Positions 38,850 through 51,804 of a DNA stretch of 64,000 nucleotides are shown piece by piece (position 1 is the stretch's first letter; each line of letters begins with the position of its first letter). The DNA is from Octopus vulgaris (taxonomy: Eukaryota). Both the position numbers and the translations under genes were made by a program. The notes under the pieces were generated by a model. That model saw only the letters and a list, made by a program, of their open reading frames with translations, had not been told where the DNA came from and ran no database searches. The stretch covers positions 105,958,001-106,022,000 of the forward strand of contig OX597822.1 of assembly GCA_951406725.2 (NCBI GenBank), written 5' to 3'.

Positions 38850-39479
38850 GAAATTAAACAAATGATAAAGGAACGGGAAGTTATTCAATGGAGTTCATTA
38901 GCTTACTGCTTTATCTAGTAGGTGTAATGCGCAAGCACTCAGGTCTAAGTGCTCTTCATCTGAAAGCAGAAAGATTTATAAACTAATGAAGATCATTATA
39001 TAATCTCTTTTTCCTTTGTTATTCATTTAATTTTATATTTCGCTCTGAACACGACTAAACCTTTATTCTGAAATGCCTGTATATTATGTTTTAGCAGCAG
39101 GTTATTAATATCGTTATACCAAAGCGAAATATTAATATATGTAATTGTGTGGGAGAGATAGAGTGTATGTGAGTGTGCATTTATTTATATATACATACAC
39201 ACCTATCCTAACTTCAGGAAAAAGAGATAGGATTGTCATGCCAGATCAAGCTGTATTGACCCTCTAGAAGTTTGGAATCTTACCTGTCACACATGCTTCA
39301 AGCCTTGCAGATCAATTACCAGTTTTAAGAATTCCTTTTAATGCAGACATAATTGAAATTACCGGAATAATGCAAATTAGTTGAGACTACCATCATCTAT
39401 AAGGATGAATAGATAATCATACATACAAACTTGCACACGCGCGCACGCACACATGCACATACACGCACGCGCCCAACTT

Positions 39480-39700
39480 TTTATCTTTTATGTATGTCAG
39501 TCATTAGACAGCAGCCATGCTGAGCCAACACCTTGAAGAATTTTTAGTCGAATAAATCGATACCAGTACGTTTTTTAAAAAGAAGAGCCTGGCCCTTAAT
39601 CTATTGGTAATTCTGTGCCAAAGTACTAATGTTACGAGGACGTGAACAAACCAACACGTATGTCCAAGTGATGGAGAGGAGAACCACAAACACAATCACA
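39480..39700 (-). mobile_element. Degenerate SINE A 3' half
   Basis: CAGTCATTAGACAGCAGCCATGCTGAGCC...AGTCGAATAAATCGA matches the family A 3' region. Confidence 0.65.
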
Positions 39701-39824
39701 CAATGTATATATAGGGAGAGATGTAAACGAACCAACACCCTCTGTCAAGCGGTGTGGGAAAAAAACTCAAAAGCAAACATATAGACACAGATATCATATA
39801 TGTGTATGTATGTATGCATATATA

Positions 39825-40202
39825 TACTCTTTTACTCTTTTACTTGTTTCAGTCATTTGACTGCGACCATGCTGGAGCACCGTCTTTAGTCGAGCAAATC
39901 GACCCCAGCACTTATTCTTTGTAAGCCTAGTACTTATTCTATCGGTATCTTTTGCCGAACCGCTAAGTGACGGGGACGTAAACACACCAGCATCGGTTGT
40001 CAAGCGATGTTGGGGGGACAAACACAGACACACAAACACACACATACATACGACGGGCTTCTTTCAGTTTCCCTCTACCAAATCCACTCACAAGGCTTTG
40101 GTCGGCCCGAGGCTATAGTAGAAGACAGTTGCCCAAGGTACCACGCAGTGCGACTGAACCCGGAACCATGTGGTTGGTAACCAAGCTACTTACCACAGCC
40201 AC
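39825..40202 (-). mobile_element. SINE family A, full length
   Basis: Closely matches 22904-23315. Confidence 0.92.
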
Positions 40203-40270
<68 letters not shown>

Positions 40271-41018
40271 GAGAGAGAGAGAGGGAGAGAGAGAGTTAGT
40301 TTATGGCTATAAAATTCATTCACAAGATATTGGTCGGCTCGTTCGAAAGTTCCAGGAAGTGAGAATGATCCCAGAACCATGAAGTCGCAAAGGGAATTTC
40401 TTCACCGCATAGTCATGCCTCTGCCTGTATAGAAATATATAATGCTAATTCGTATGTTTTAGATTTTTTTTTTTTTTTTTTTTGAATAATAAAAGCATCA
40501 GAATGTATTAACCGAATAATATTTTTCTCACAAACGTCTGGTATGCTAACATGTAACAGCACAAAGTTTACACAAATGCGATGCAGACAAATATTTAAGA
40601 CGTGCAAGTAAAATTCTCAAACGTTGAGCTAGAAAACAAAAAAATCAGAAAAAAAAAAAAACATTTGCTAGACTAACTGACATCTAATAAAAAATACATC
40701 AAACAAAAACATGCCGAAATGAAAAAAAAAAAAAACAAAACAAAAAAAAAGATTTTAATAGAGTCGTACACGACAGTAGTTTGCAACTTCAAGCGAAGTT
40801 GAAGTGCATATTTCTTTCGAATATTTAAATAGTTGTTGGAATTGCAAAACTTATTCATAAGCAGTGAAGAATCTATACACTTGGATGAGACGTATACTCT
40901 GTGCTTAATTATATACGCATTCATGTTCAACGCTTTATACATACTTGCACGTACATACATACATATGTATATGTAGTTACACATTTATCTATGTGTTTAT
41001 GTACTCTGTGTGAATAAT

Positions 41019-41021
<3 letters not shown>

Positions 41022-41093
<72 letters not shown>

Positions 41094-41097
41094 TGTG

Positions 41098-41136
<39 letters not shown>

Positions 41137-41249
41137 GTATATATATATATACATATACATTTATATATGTAAGTATGTGTGTTTATCTGTGTGTATGTAT
41201 GTGTGAGTATATGTGTATGTATATGTATAAATATATATATATATTTATA

Positions 41250-41320
<71 letters not shown>

Positions 41321-41505
41321 TTATATATGTATGTATTAATATATATGTATATATATATATATATATATATAAATGTACATATATATATATTTATATATGT
41401 ATATATATGCTTATTATGTATGTGAGTATATATATGTATTATATATGTATGTGTATGTATATATATATATGTGTGTGTGTGTGTTGTGTGTGTGTGTGTG
41501 TGTGA
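41022..41505. repeat. Compound (TA)n/(TATG)n/(TG)n microsatellite
   Basis: Directly visible. Confidence 0.95.
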
Positions 41506-41648
41506 AAATATAAATATGTATGTATATTGTGTATTAGGCAGATAGATATATAGACTATATCGACAAAATATATATCTGTAGATATAGATAAGCAATATTC
41601 ACATATTTTCACAAAGCATGTGTGTTCATGTATTAACATTTGTATATT

Positions 41649-41823
41649 TCCATATCTGTAGGATTATATAACATAATTTGTTACAGCACAGAGGAAAAGT
41701 ATACGTTCGCGGCGTGTATGAGTTTCCATGTGTATAAATGTGTTTGTGTGTATATAGGTCTGTGTGTGGGCGGGCGTGGTGTGTTTTTGTTTATGCGTTT
41801 GCATGCGTATATGTGTATTCGTA

Positions 41824-41855
<32 letters not shown>

Positions 41856-42100
41856 ACTACGTATGTTCTTGTGAATGTCACTGTGAGTGTGTATATTTGT
41901 ATTATATGAAACCTTGATACAAGGAATCAATAAAGTACATGAATTTTAATTTGTCTATATCAATAAAACTAGCAATTACAGTGTCCTTTAATAAAATTAT
42001 AATTGAAAACAGTTAGCCTATTTGATCCATATCTGTAGGATTATATAACATAATTTGTTACAGCACAGATGAAAAGTATACGTTCGCGGCGTGTATGAGT
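41649..42100 (+). repeat. 75-bp direct repeat pair (41649-41723 and 42026-42100)
   Basis: TCCATATCTGTAGG...GGCGTGTATGAGT occurs twice with one mismatch. Confidence 0.92.
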
Positions 42101-42400
42101 CAAGAACAGATATGCATGAAAAACTCAAATAATATTTCTAGTATCAGGCAATGGCGTTACATATGTTATCTGTTTGCACGATTTCGTTGGAAATAGTTTC
42201 AAATATATATATATTTTTTTTAATCTACTTCAGCTTCTGATAAAAATGTAATTCTCACTATTGATATAATGCTCACGAATATTCCTTATACTTAACAACA
42301 GGAATTAACGCTCATTGAATTCGCTTCCGTTAAATATGCTCTGTCTATTTACAAATAACAATAATAATAATAATTATTATTATTATTATTATTATTATTA

Positions 42401-42615
42401 TCCTTTCTATTGGAGGCACAGGGCCTCGAATTTCTGGTGGGGGTTATTAGTCGATAACATCGACCCCAGTATTTCACTGGTACTTAGTCTATCGACCCCG
42501 AGAGGATGAAAGGCAAGTCGACCTCGGCAGAATTTGAACTTAGAATGTTGAGGCAAACGATATACCTCTAAGCATTTCGTCCAGCGTGCTATCGATTCTG
42601 CTTGCTTGCCGCCTC

Positions 42616-42646
<31 letters not shown>

Positions 42647-42742
42647 GTATAAAATTTTGTCACAAGGGTAGCAATCTTGGGGGAGGGGAGTAATCGGTTA
42701 TATCGACCCCAGTGTTCAACTCGTACTTATTTTATCGACCCA
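42401..42742 (-). mobile_element. SINE B full copy (42401-42614) plus a partial copy (42646-42742)
   Basis: B core motifs, flanked by (TAT)n and (AAT)n tracts. Confidence 0.85.
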
Positions 42743-42747
42743 AATCG

Positions 42748-44830
42748 TTGGTTCACAGAAGTAGAGATCGAAGCTATCAAAAGACGTGGACTTGGAAAAA
42801 AGCAGCAGAGATAACGATGAAAATAGAGTACTTACCAATAAGAGTAATCTCATAGCACAGGAACAGAGCAGTGGTAGTTTACTTAATGAGAGACATATAG
42901 GTGATCTAAAAGAAGATAATAAAACTAATGATGTTCATTACAGATGAACAAAAGGCAATCTACGAGAGAAGACTACAGAAGAATGATAGCGACATTATTT
43001 GCAAACTTTAAAAGGTTGATCGGTGGAAATTGAACCAAGAAACGAAAAATGACAATGAAATCCTGAAATACATCAGAACAAACATCACAGAAACAAATAA
43101 TTTGATCAAGGCAGCAAGTATTGTTGTAGCAGAAAACGTGGGTGTTGATGTCAAGAAAAAGAAACATACGGGGAGTGACAAAAGAAATGATCCATGAGGG
43201 AAAAGAAGGTTACAGGCAGGGTTAGACATGCTCTCGAAGTAAATTTCTGTGTTTGACCGAAACGAAAAAGGGGAGCTTAAAAGCGAACAAAAATACAGCG
43301 CGCTCAAAAGGAAGTATAATATTGAAAGAAAGGGCCTGGAAGTGATAATGGAGGAACTGAAACAGCGCCTCGTTCCAAAGAAAGCAAAGATGGTAAGCTA
43401 CGACCAAAGAAAAGAGTTACCACCTTAGTTCACTTGTAGTGAACAGCTAACACCGTAGTACATCTCCAGCGTTAGAAGCTGTGCAAAGGCAACAATTATT
43501 ATAATAACAACATTTTACAAGGCACTGAACTAAACACCCGAAGAATTACAGGCCTATTACGCAATGCTATCACATCTGAATGTCAGAAAAAACATTCTGG
43601 AATATATAAACCCAATCGAATTAGCGAACCTATGCAAGGATATCATGCGTAGCCATAGATTTATTCCTGCTGTTAAAATTACTGTTAACACTCGCTTAGA
43701 TAATGACAACGAAAATCATGAAGTAGAAATTAACAATGCCAAACTAGAAAGGGATACTGTGGTTAATAAATCACAGCATCAATTCATTATCTGCCAGAAT
43801 ATTGATATCAATTCTTACGGAGCACACATATAAGTTTCTTGAACAATACGACATTTTGCCTTCATGAATTAGAAACCACTGCAAGAGTTTCGTTTACAGA
43901 AGATCAACTTCTGATTAACCGAAAGATACTTGAAAATTTCTCTAAACCCGTAAACTTAGGACAGCTTGGATAAATTACCGGAAAGCATTCGATAGTGAGC
44001 CCCATACATGGATTGCTAAAGCTTGAGACTTGTACAAAATATCACCAATTATAAGATTTTCTTCGCTAGAGTATGGGCATGTTGTTCACAAAAGTGTATC
44101 TCAATCATAATAAAAGCATTAACACATCTTTCAGTATTAAGATGAAGCAAGGTCTATTCCAAGCCGATTCCTTGTACCCATTACTCTCCGCTCAGCACTC
44201 ATACTTCTGTCACATGAATTGAAGATTACACAATATGGATGCAAAATATTTGATAGAACAATCTTACACCTCTTTTATATGGATGACCTCAAGTTATATG
44301 CAAAAAATAATAATGAACTGGAGGGATTGCTGACAACTGTGGAAAGGGTTAGTGACAATATTGGCTTCGATAATTCCTCCAAAACAACATTTAAAAGAGG
44401 AAAGCTCACCTGCACATCGCTCATTACGCTAAATGATAACACGATTAGCAAAGAATCAGATTAAGGTGAGGCATTCAAACATTTACAAATGAATGAAGGG
44501 AAAGAGATCCAACACAATGTCACGAAGGAATAGATCAGGAAAGAATATTGTAGCAGAACAAAACTGATTATAAAACAGAACCGAAATCCCAGAATAGGAT
44601 TCAAGATATTAATTCACTTACTGTCTCAGTGGTACAGTGCATCTATAATATAATGAACTGGAATATAAATGAACTTCCAACGAATGGACACCAAAATGAG
44701 AAATGTAATGAGAGTAAACTTAATATATCATCGAAAAACTAATATCCGTAGAATCTACGTTCCCTAAAAAGAGGGTAGTAGTCTCATCCAACTAGAATTA
44801 TCCTAGAAGACCACTACAATAGGACTTAAT
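42748..44830 (+). mobile_element. Degenerate R4/Dong-like non-LTR retrotransposon sequence with RT remnants
   Basis: Fragments include WFTEVEIEAIKR; ITETNNLIKAASIVVAE...P*GKRRLQ...EELKQRL; DQLLINRKILE; AWINYRKAFDSEPHTWI; QGLFQADSLYPLL; HLFYMDDLKLYAKN (catalytic YMDD); and RIYVP*KEG. There are many stops and frameshifts. Confidence 0.88.
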
Positions 44831-46080
44831 TCATTCATCCGGAATGTTGTTTGGTAATCTATCTACAAATCAAAGATTACCCAAAATAGAGTGGAATGTT
44901 CAACGTGTCATAATATAAATAATAAAAAGACAGACGAATGGATTATGTGGTCACTTTACAATGTTTCATTAGAATATCTTATTATGAAATAATATCATAC
45001 ATTTAGTTCTGTAAGACATGCAACATCCGTACAGTTATAAAATACATCATTATATTATAAGCCCCATATAGCATACAACCATATCCAGGTCAGTGTTTGA
45101 TATGTCGCTAGACGAACTAGTTCAACAACCCATGAAGACCCAAAGCAAGACTCCCTTACTGTTTGTATGTCTATTTCCTTTGCTCGTTTAATCCCAACAT
45201 TTATTAATGATGTTGGGTAATGTCTCTTGATTTGTATGTTACTATTGATATTGTTGAGTATTATTTAGAAATCGAGGAGTTTGTCCATGCTATCTTTATA
45301 AAGCAATCATCAAAATACCTCTTCTAGTTCTCCTTTAAATAGCAATGAAGTGAGGTGCTATATTTTTGTCGTGATGATTGGGACGCGGGCGCTAAGTCTA
45401 AACTAATAGTGCCGATCTCAAGACCAAATCCGACACCACATGCTACGTAATTGTGAAAAGAATCCCTTTACCACACACGCAAGCCAATCCTAATATACGT
45501 ACATTACAGAACTTAGACCAATATAAAATATATTTTTAAAAGAGAGCAATTTGTTACATGACTGTTAAACTATAAAACCAGTATTACAATCAGTATGGCA
45601 CGAAACATATTCACGTAAAGAACTAAAAAATTATAATAACTACATAGAATTTACTATCTGAAACCTTACAAATTGCTGCATGGATAAAATCTCCTATTAA
45701 AATATGAATTCTTGTCCAATGATATATACGTAAACCTCAGTGGTGAAAAGCTGTAGAGTATTAATAATGAAAAATAGCAAAATAATGATGCATATGCGAG
45801 AAATGTATAAGAGAATTGCTGGTTTTTACAGGATTTGCTTAAAAAGAATTTTATAAAAACTGAGATATATAAAGATTGACGAATTGCTATACGGATATAA
45901 AATAGCGGATCTATAGATACCACATATTCTTCGTAAAAGAGATCCTATGAAAAAATTAAAAGCATATTCCTATAGTTAAATTTATATCTATGTAACACTA
46001 TATCTAAACACACACACACATACACATATAGCGTGCTGATGGCATTTGTAGCACTCTTATTAATATATATATATATATAT

Positions 46081-46590
46081 ATAGTGTAATAAATAAAATA
46101 TATGCATACATACAAACATATATGTACGTACATACATCTACATGTATATATACATGCATATATGAATATATATACGTGTGTACAGGACACCACAAATAGA
46201 CGTAGAACTCAACGAGAAACGAAAATGTAAAAACAGCATGGAACGGACAATTTTTTAACAACGAAAAAACAGAGTACAAGACAACTACACAAAGAAAAAT
46301 CCCCTTCATCAGCTGTCCCTAGTTCAAATCCAGCGTGTTTCGAAGGTTCTGTCCTCACCTGGAGTTGAACTATGGACAGCTGATGAAGGGGATTTTTCCT
46401 TGTGTAGTTGTCTTGTACTCTGTTTTTTCGCTGTTAAAAAATTGGTCCGTCCCATGCTGTTCTTACTTTTTCCTTTCTCGTTGAGTTCTACGTCTATTTG
46501 TGGTGTCCTGTACACATGTATATATACATGTAGATGTAGGTACGTACATATATGTTTGTATGTATGCATATATTTTATTTATTACACTAT
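46081..46590. repeat. Large foldback (palindromic) element with ~235-255-bp arms and an ~18-nt loop
   Basis: 46081-46337 is the near reverse complement of 46356-46590. (TA)n tracts lie on both sides. Confidence 0.93.
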
Positions 46591-46666
46591 TGTATGACTG
46601 AGCGCTCTCGCGTCGATTCGATTCGATTCGTTTCGGTTCGTTTCGTTTCTTCTTCTTCTGTAAGCT

Positions 46667-46717
<51 letters not shown>

Positions 46718-46761
46718 TTATTTATTTATATATACATATATATATATATACATACGCACAC

Positions 46762-46847
<86 letters not shown>

Positions 46848-46863
46848 ATGTATGTATGTACGT

Positions 46864-47155
46864 ATGTCATCAATTTATTTCTAAATGTCTTTCCAATAGA
46901 AAAAGAGCCGGTTTCTAATCTGGATCTAAGGCTCCTTCATTGGAATTTCACCACCATCAATAGGGTATTTGTTGCATACTTGAATATATATATATTTATA
47001 TATTTGGTCTCTTTTTATTCTTTCTCTGCTTATTTCCTCGTGTTCCTTTCTGTTGAAAAGCGTAGGCTCGAAACGTAAAAGACATCCCGAGCGTCAAACT
47101 ATTACACCTGCCTGTTGTTTATACACCTCTCTTCTTTTGTTTCCCTGTAGAATTA

Positions 47156-47201
<46 letters not shown>

Positions 47202-47543
47202 GCAGCATATGTGCAGATTTTATTTTATTATGCATGTTTTATCATGCATATCTAGACATACGCATATATACTTAAATGATAAATTTCTGGAACGTTTCAC
47301 AAATGTTTATAGTTCCAGTGTTTGCTTGGATCTCTAATTTTCAAATCAGCTTTCTCCTCTCTGGTTTTGAGAAGCTTCATTAATCAAGATTGGTACCTAG
47401 TCAGTTTGTTCCATATCCCAGTGCCCCAATTATTACAGGCCTAAATCTGAACTTGTGATCCGGATAGAATATCTGTGGAGTTCTCAATAGTTCGGCGCAA
47501 GTGTTTTCTTTTTCAGCGATCTATTTCTTTATCTTAACATCCG
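46864..47543 (-). mobile_element. 3' end of an RLE-type non-LTR retrotransposon, same family as 2431-2814
   Basis: The minus strand reads DVKIKK*IAEKENTCAELLRTPQIFYPDHKFRFRPVIIGALGYG...IQANTGTINICETFQKFII*. The 3' UTR segment TTTCCAATAGA.AAAGAGCCGGTTTCTAATCT is shared with 2461-2495. Confidence 0.8.
47020..47160 (+). mobile_element. Penelope-like pLTR-type fragment with a variant minimal hammerhead
   Basis: CTTT-CTGTTGA-AAAGC gtag GCTC-GAAA-CG-TA-AAAG at 47046-47081. A second copy lies at 62235-62390, and both end in (TA)n. Confidence 0.55.
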
Positions 47544-47768
47544 TTATGTATATAAGTTTTCCTTTATCTTATACATTTTCTTTGTTTCAACGATTGGAGA
47601 GTGACAATACTAGGATACCTCCTTTGTGGTTTAGCGGAACAAAATCACCCCACTGCATACTTTATACAAAGTTTACACTGTACTTTTGCTTAAGGGCTTA
47701 GTTATGGCAATGTAAAGACAACAATGGGTGATGAGTACAAACCCACAAAGCAGGTTTATGCGTTTAAG

Positions 47769-47860
47769 GGGGTCTTATGTACCTAGAAAGTTCCCCTCCA
47801 CGGCACAAGTCCGGGTGGGTGTGTTTGTGGATTACCGGCAGTCACCCATACATACAACTG
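47769..47860 (-). mobile_element. SINE E 3' fragment
   Basis: ACCTAGAAAGTTCCCCTCCACGGCACAAGTCCGGG matches 38120-38155. Confidence 0.7.
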
Positions 47861-49023
47861 GCCTAATAGGTTTCTTGAAGTGGACAATTTTTTTTAATAT
47901 AGCTCGATAGTTAGAACATTTTTGTTGTTAAAGATGGATTTAAATGTAGAAGAATCGTTAACCAGTGCTCATATAAGGGTGAAAGCGAAATTGTTTTGTT
48001 ATTAGTTAAGTTGATAATGAGGATGAATATATTTCGGTAAATTTTATAGAAACATATGATTATAAAGGTCGCATATTCAACGAAAAGTACAGTAGGTTAT
48101 ATCACTATGTATGTTATTCTATGTGTAATAGATGTTAATGTATATTTGTTAAATATTATCTTTTCAACATACCAACTTCTAAATGAGGGATTCGATGTTA
48201 TAATTTCATTTCTCATTAAAAACTTGTATCAAAATATAAGTGAGGCTGCCTAAATTCTAACTAAATTGTTAATACTATTAGAATACTTGAAAATTTATGA
48301 GATTCTTCCATGAAGTATATAGTGAGTTATTTAGTTTCGAATCTACATGAGGAAAATTGACGAATTTCAAATGATTTTCAGCAGTTGTACATAAAGCTAA
48401 ATTTTGAAGGTGTTTTAAAGGTTTGTTGTTTAGTGTTTTTCGCGTTAAAAATACTTAGTAACAACGCACACTCATCTCGAAAAAATCCCCCAAAATACAA
48501 CAAATCTATACGTTTAAATTATGACATCCATTGAGATCGTTTATTTTAGCACATGCTTTTGATAGCCTTACTCAGTTCCACTGAAACACAATTTTGATTC
48601 TCTGTCCTAAAGTAATTGTTACGAAAATAATAGATTTTCTTCTATGTAATGTGTCAATGCTGGCTACTATTTAATGATTGTAATAGATTTTGCATGGTTG
48701 ACCCCAGCTGGAAGAATAGCTTCCGAGCAATTATAGTATGTATCCTTTATGTTAAATTGGAAGGGCTTTCAGTTGTTTTTATCTCTAGTACAGTTGAACA
48801 ATTATACAAGTGTTATTTCAAAGTTTAATGGTTTTAATCTAACCGAAATTCTTTTATTCATACAACAAAATTTATTTCATTGTCCGATAAAAATCCTTTA
48901 TAGACATTGAGATGTTACTCTCTTTATATCATAATTACATCTGTTATTAATGAACATGTTCAGATTTTCCTGATTGTGTCTTCGTAAATTTTAAAAGACA
49001 TTGGAATAATCCATATTAGCATA

Positions 49024-49260
49024 TATTTTCTTTATTTCCCACAAGGGGCTAAACACAGAGAAGACGAACAAGGACAGACATAGGTATTAAGTCGATTACA
49101 TCGACCCCAGTGCGTAACTGGTACTTAATTTATCGACCTCGAAAGGATGAAAGGTAAAGTTGACCTCGGCGGAATTTGAACTCAGAACCTAACGGCAGAC
49201 GAAAGACGGCTACGCATTTCGCCCTGTGTGCTAACTTTTCTGCCAGCTCGCCGCCTTTCC
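49024..49260 (-). mobile_element. SINE family B, full length, with TSD
   Basis: Perfect 15-bp TSD ATCCATATTAGCATA at 49009-49023 and 49261-49275. Confidence 0.93.
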
Positions 49261-50929
49261 ATCCATATTAGCATACGTCTATCAAACACCTCTTACGGTT
49301 ACACAATTTTTCACGAGTCCATATATTATTCCTGACCCTTTCTCCCTATTCTGACCCTTATTATCCTTTTTACCCACCACCACATTTTTTTCTTTATTTA
49401 ACTTCAGCCATGGTAATTATTTTGTTCTTTAATAAAATATCACTCAAATTATATGAACTCTTCTGCAGTATTCATCCCGCCTCTTATAAATTTTAAATTG
49501 AATCTGAAGTTAACTTTATTCATGAATTTTCTTTATGCGTCCTTGAGGAACAGGAATCAGCTATTATGTAATTAGGTTCTTGTTATATGAATGATTGGTG
49601 AATAGGTGTTCGTAAAGCTGATATTTTCATCAATCGGAGTGAACATATCAGTAAGGTAGGTATAGCTTATCTCTGTTACGCTAACAATGATGTCTGGAAA
49701 TGTTAGCCTTTATCTTTGTCACTATGCGCAAACATGTTCCATATTGTTACTTCCAGTCAATGCTTGGAGGAATATTCTATCACTTTTTGTTATATCTACA
49801 AACTTTGATGTATCAGTGATTTTCTTTTGTGATCATTTCTGTTGCTAAGATTCTGAAGAAACAATGTAATCGATTGTCGCTTTTCAATATTCTTTCAAAC
49901 TATCGACGATACTGGTCTCCTTTTATTCGATAATCTTTAAATAACTCTTGGATTTCAAACACCAGTTTTATTATGCTGTTAGCAGCATAGCATCAGATAT
50001 GATATTTAATCTTAAACTTCGGTACTGAGTTTGTAATTCTTGCTGAATCGAATTTATTTGTTGAACTCTGTTGCCATGCAAACATTCTACCCTTCATTCA
50101 TATACTGTTTTCATACAGCCTTTAGCTGACTTTGTTTTTTCTTATTTTTATTTTTTCTACACTGTTTTCTCTAGTTTTTCTCGACACGAGATTCTTTTCC
50201 TCCAAATTTCCTTTGTGTGTTCCAGCCTTATTGAAAACAGAAAATATTCATTGGAACCTTGTGTTCTTTAACTGTGTTAATCTAAAGTCTTTTTTCTTTT
50301 TCTTTTTACTCCTTAATATTCCGAACGGCCGTCGTAAATATAAACAGGCAATGTTTTTGGTTTTCTTATTGGTTTGTATTCTAGTTTTTTTATCACTTTC
50401 TGCTAGCCCTATAGGAGTGGCAACTGACACCATCACATCACTATGACTACATTGCATCAAATGATTTGACACACGCTTAATTCTCAGCTCATTTAGTTAT
50501 ACTTTAGAGGTCAAATTCTTCTGAGAGTAGGCTAAAAGAAAAGGGGCGGACCCTTTTCGATGAAGACGCTTAAATACTATACATAAAGATTATGAGCCCA
50601 TGCAGTTCCCATATGATTTGTTAACTAGCTCTTACTATTAAAGTATTTTTGATTACTAATAGTATTCAGCCAGCATTATCAAGTTCTACCTCATGATTTC
50701 ATGTGTATTTCAATACCCTCATCTAATGTTCTTTGTTTTACACTCAACTGTTAAATACTTTCTGCAATATTTATTTTAAATACTAAAAATACATATTTTT
50801 GTGATTTCATGGAAATGTCATATGTATTATTTTTCTATCCGTCTTTCTGTTTGTATTGATTTTACTGCTCCTTTCACATTTATCGAATACCTGTCAGCAT
50901 AGATTTGTGGTACAAAAAAAAAACTACGC

Positions 50930-51100
50930 TGAGCAACCGCATGATTTCGGGTTCAGTTCCAATGCGTAGCCCTTAAAGAACCTGTCTTCTAATTTCTGCT
51001 ATATAACCGAGCTTAATTTTTATTATAACCCCGAGTCACCCTGCCTAAAGCCTTGTAAATGAATTTTGTCGACGGAAACTGTGTGGAAACTAATTGTGTG
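50930..51100 (+). mobile_element. Degenerate SINE A 5' half
   Basis: CAACCGCATGATTTCGGGTTCAGTTCC...AAAGCCTTGTAAATGAATTTTGTCGACGGAAACTG. Confidence 0.6.
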
Positions 51101-51259
51101 TATATATATCCATGCATGTATATATATATATATGAGCGTTCTGTTGTTGCCGAAAGATCTGCACAAATGACTAGTTTATTGTGACTAAATGTGTGTGGTG
51201 CATATTATCTTATGCCCCAACAAATTGACTTTGCCAGGATGGATGCACGGTGTACCACG

Positions 51260-51395
51260 CAGGAGCTATCGAAGTGATCGCTGAGGAACGTGAGATGAAG
51301 TGTTTTTCGCAAGAACACAACACACCACCCAGTTTAGGAAATGAGACCACCATGTTGCGCTCATGAGAGCGTCATCCTAACCACCAGGCCATACG
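51260..51395 (-). mobile_element. Degenerate tRNA-derived SINE head (D/E-like)
   Basis: The reverse complement has TGGCCTGGTGGTTAGG...GTGTTGTGTTCTTGCGAAAAACACTTCATCTCACG. Confidence 0.55.
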
Positions 51396-51490
51396 ACCAT
51401 GTATGTACGTAAAAGTACATAAATGCAAAACAAAGCGGAAGGAATAGTACTCGAATAGCGAAAGTAGAGTAACATGCTTTTTTTAAATTT

Positions 51491-51582
51491 AAGCTGCGAA
51501 AACGTCACAAAAAATCTGTTCCTTCCGACGAAAGGAAACGTGAAACTCTGAGTAACGGTCTTTTTGCGAAGTTTTGCAGCTT
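51491..51582 (+). repeat. Hairpin with a hammerhead-like apex
   Basis: Arms AAGCTGCGAAAACGTCACAAAAAATCTGTT and AACGGTCTTTTTGCGAAGTTTTGCAGCTT enclose CCGACGA...GAAA-CTC t GAG-TA. Confidence 0.6.
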
Positions 51583-51593
51583 TACTAAAATAA

Positions 51594-51659
<66 letters not shown>

Positions 51660-51700
51660 ATATATATGTGTGTGTGTGTGTGTATGTATGTATATATATA

Positions 51701-51733
<33 letters not shown>

Positions 51734-51804
51734 ATATGTATGTATGCATGTATATGTATATATGTAGAAGGTTGAAAGGGACACATGAGTTTGATATATG
51801 TAGA

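Noticed and set aside
44219-44464. ORF with a YMDD reverse transcriptase motif as a functional or novel RT gene
   Set aside because: It is a fragment of a decayed R4/Dong-like element with stops and frameshifts on both sides.
48300-50450. Strand-skewed regions that might be ancient LINE ORFs (also 7480-7830, 9550-9760 and 53600-54800)
   Set aside because: Only vague motif hints are visible, such as CFIIGDSDAF near 9650-9680 (-). A profile search would be needed to call them.
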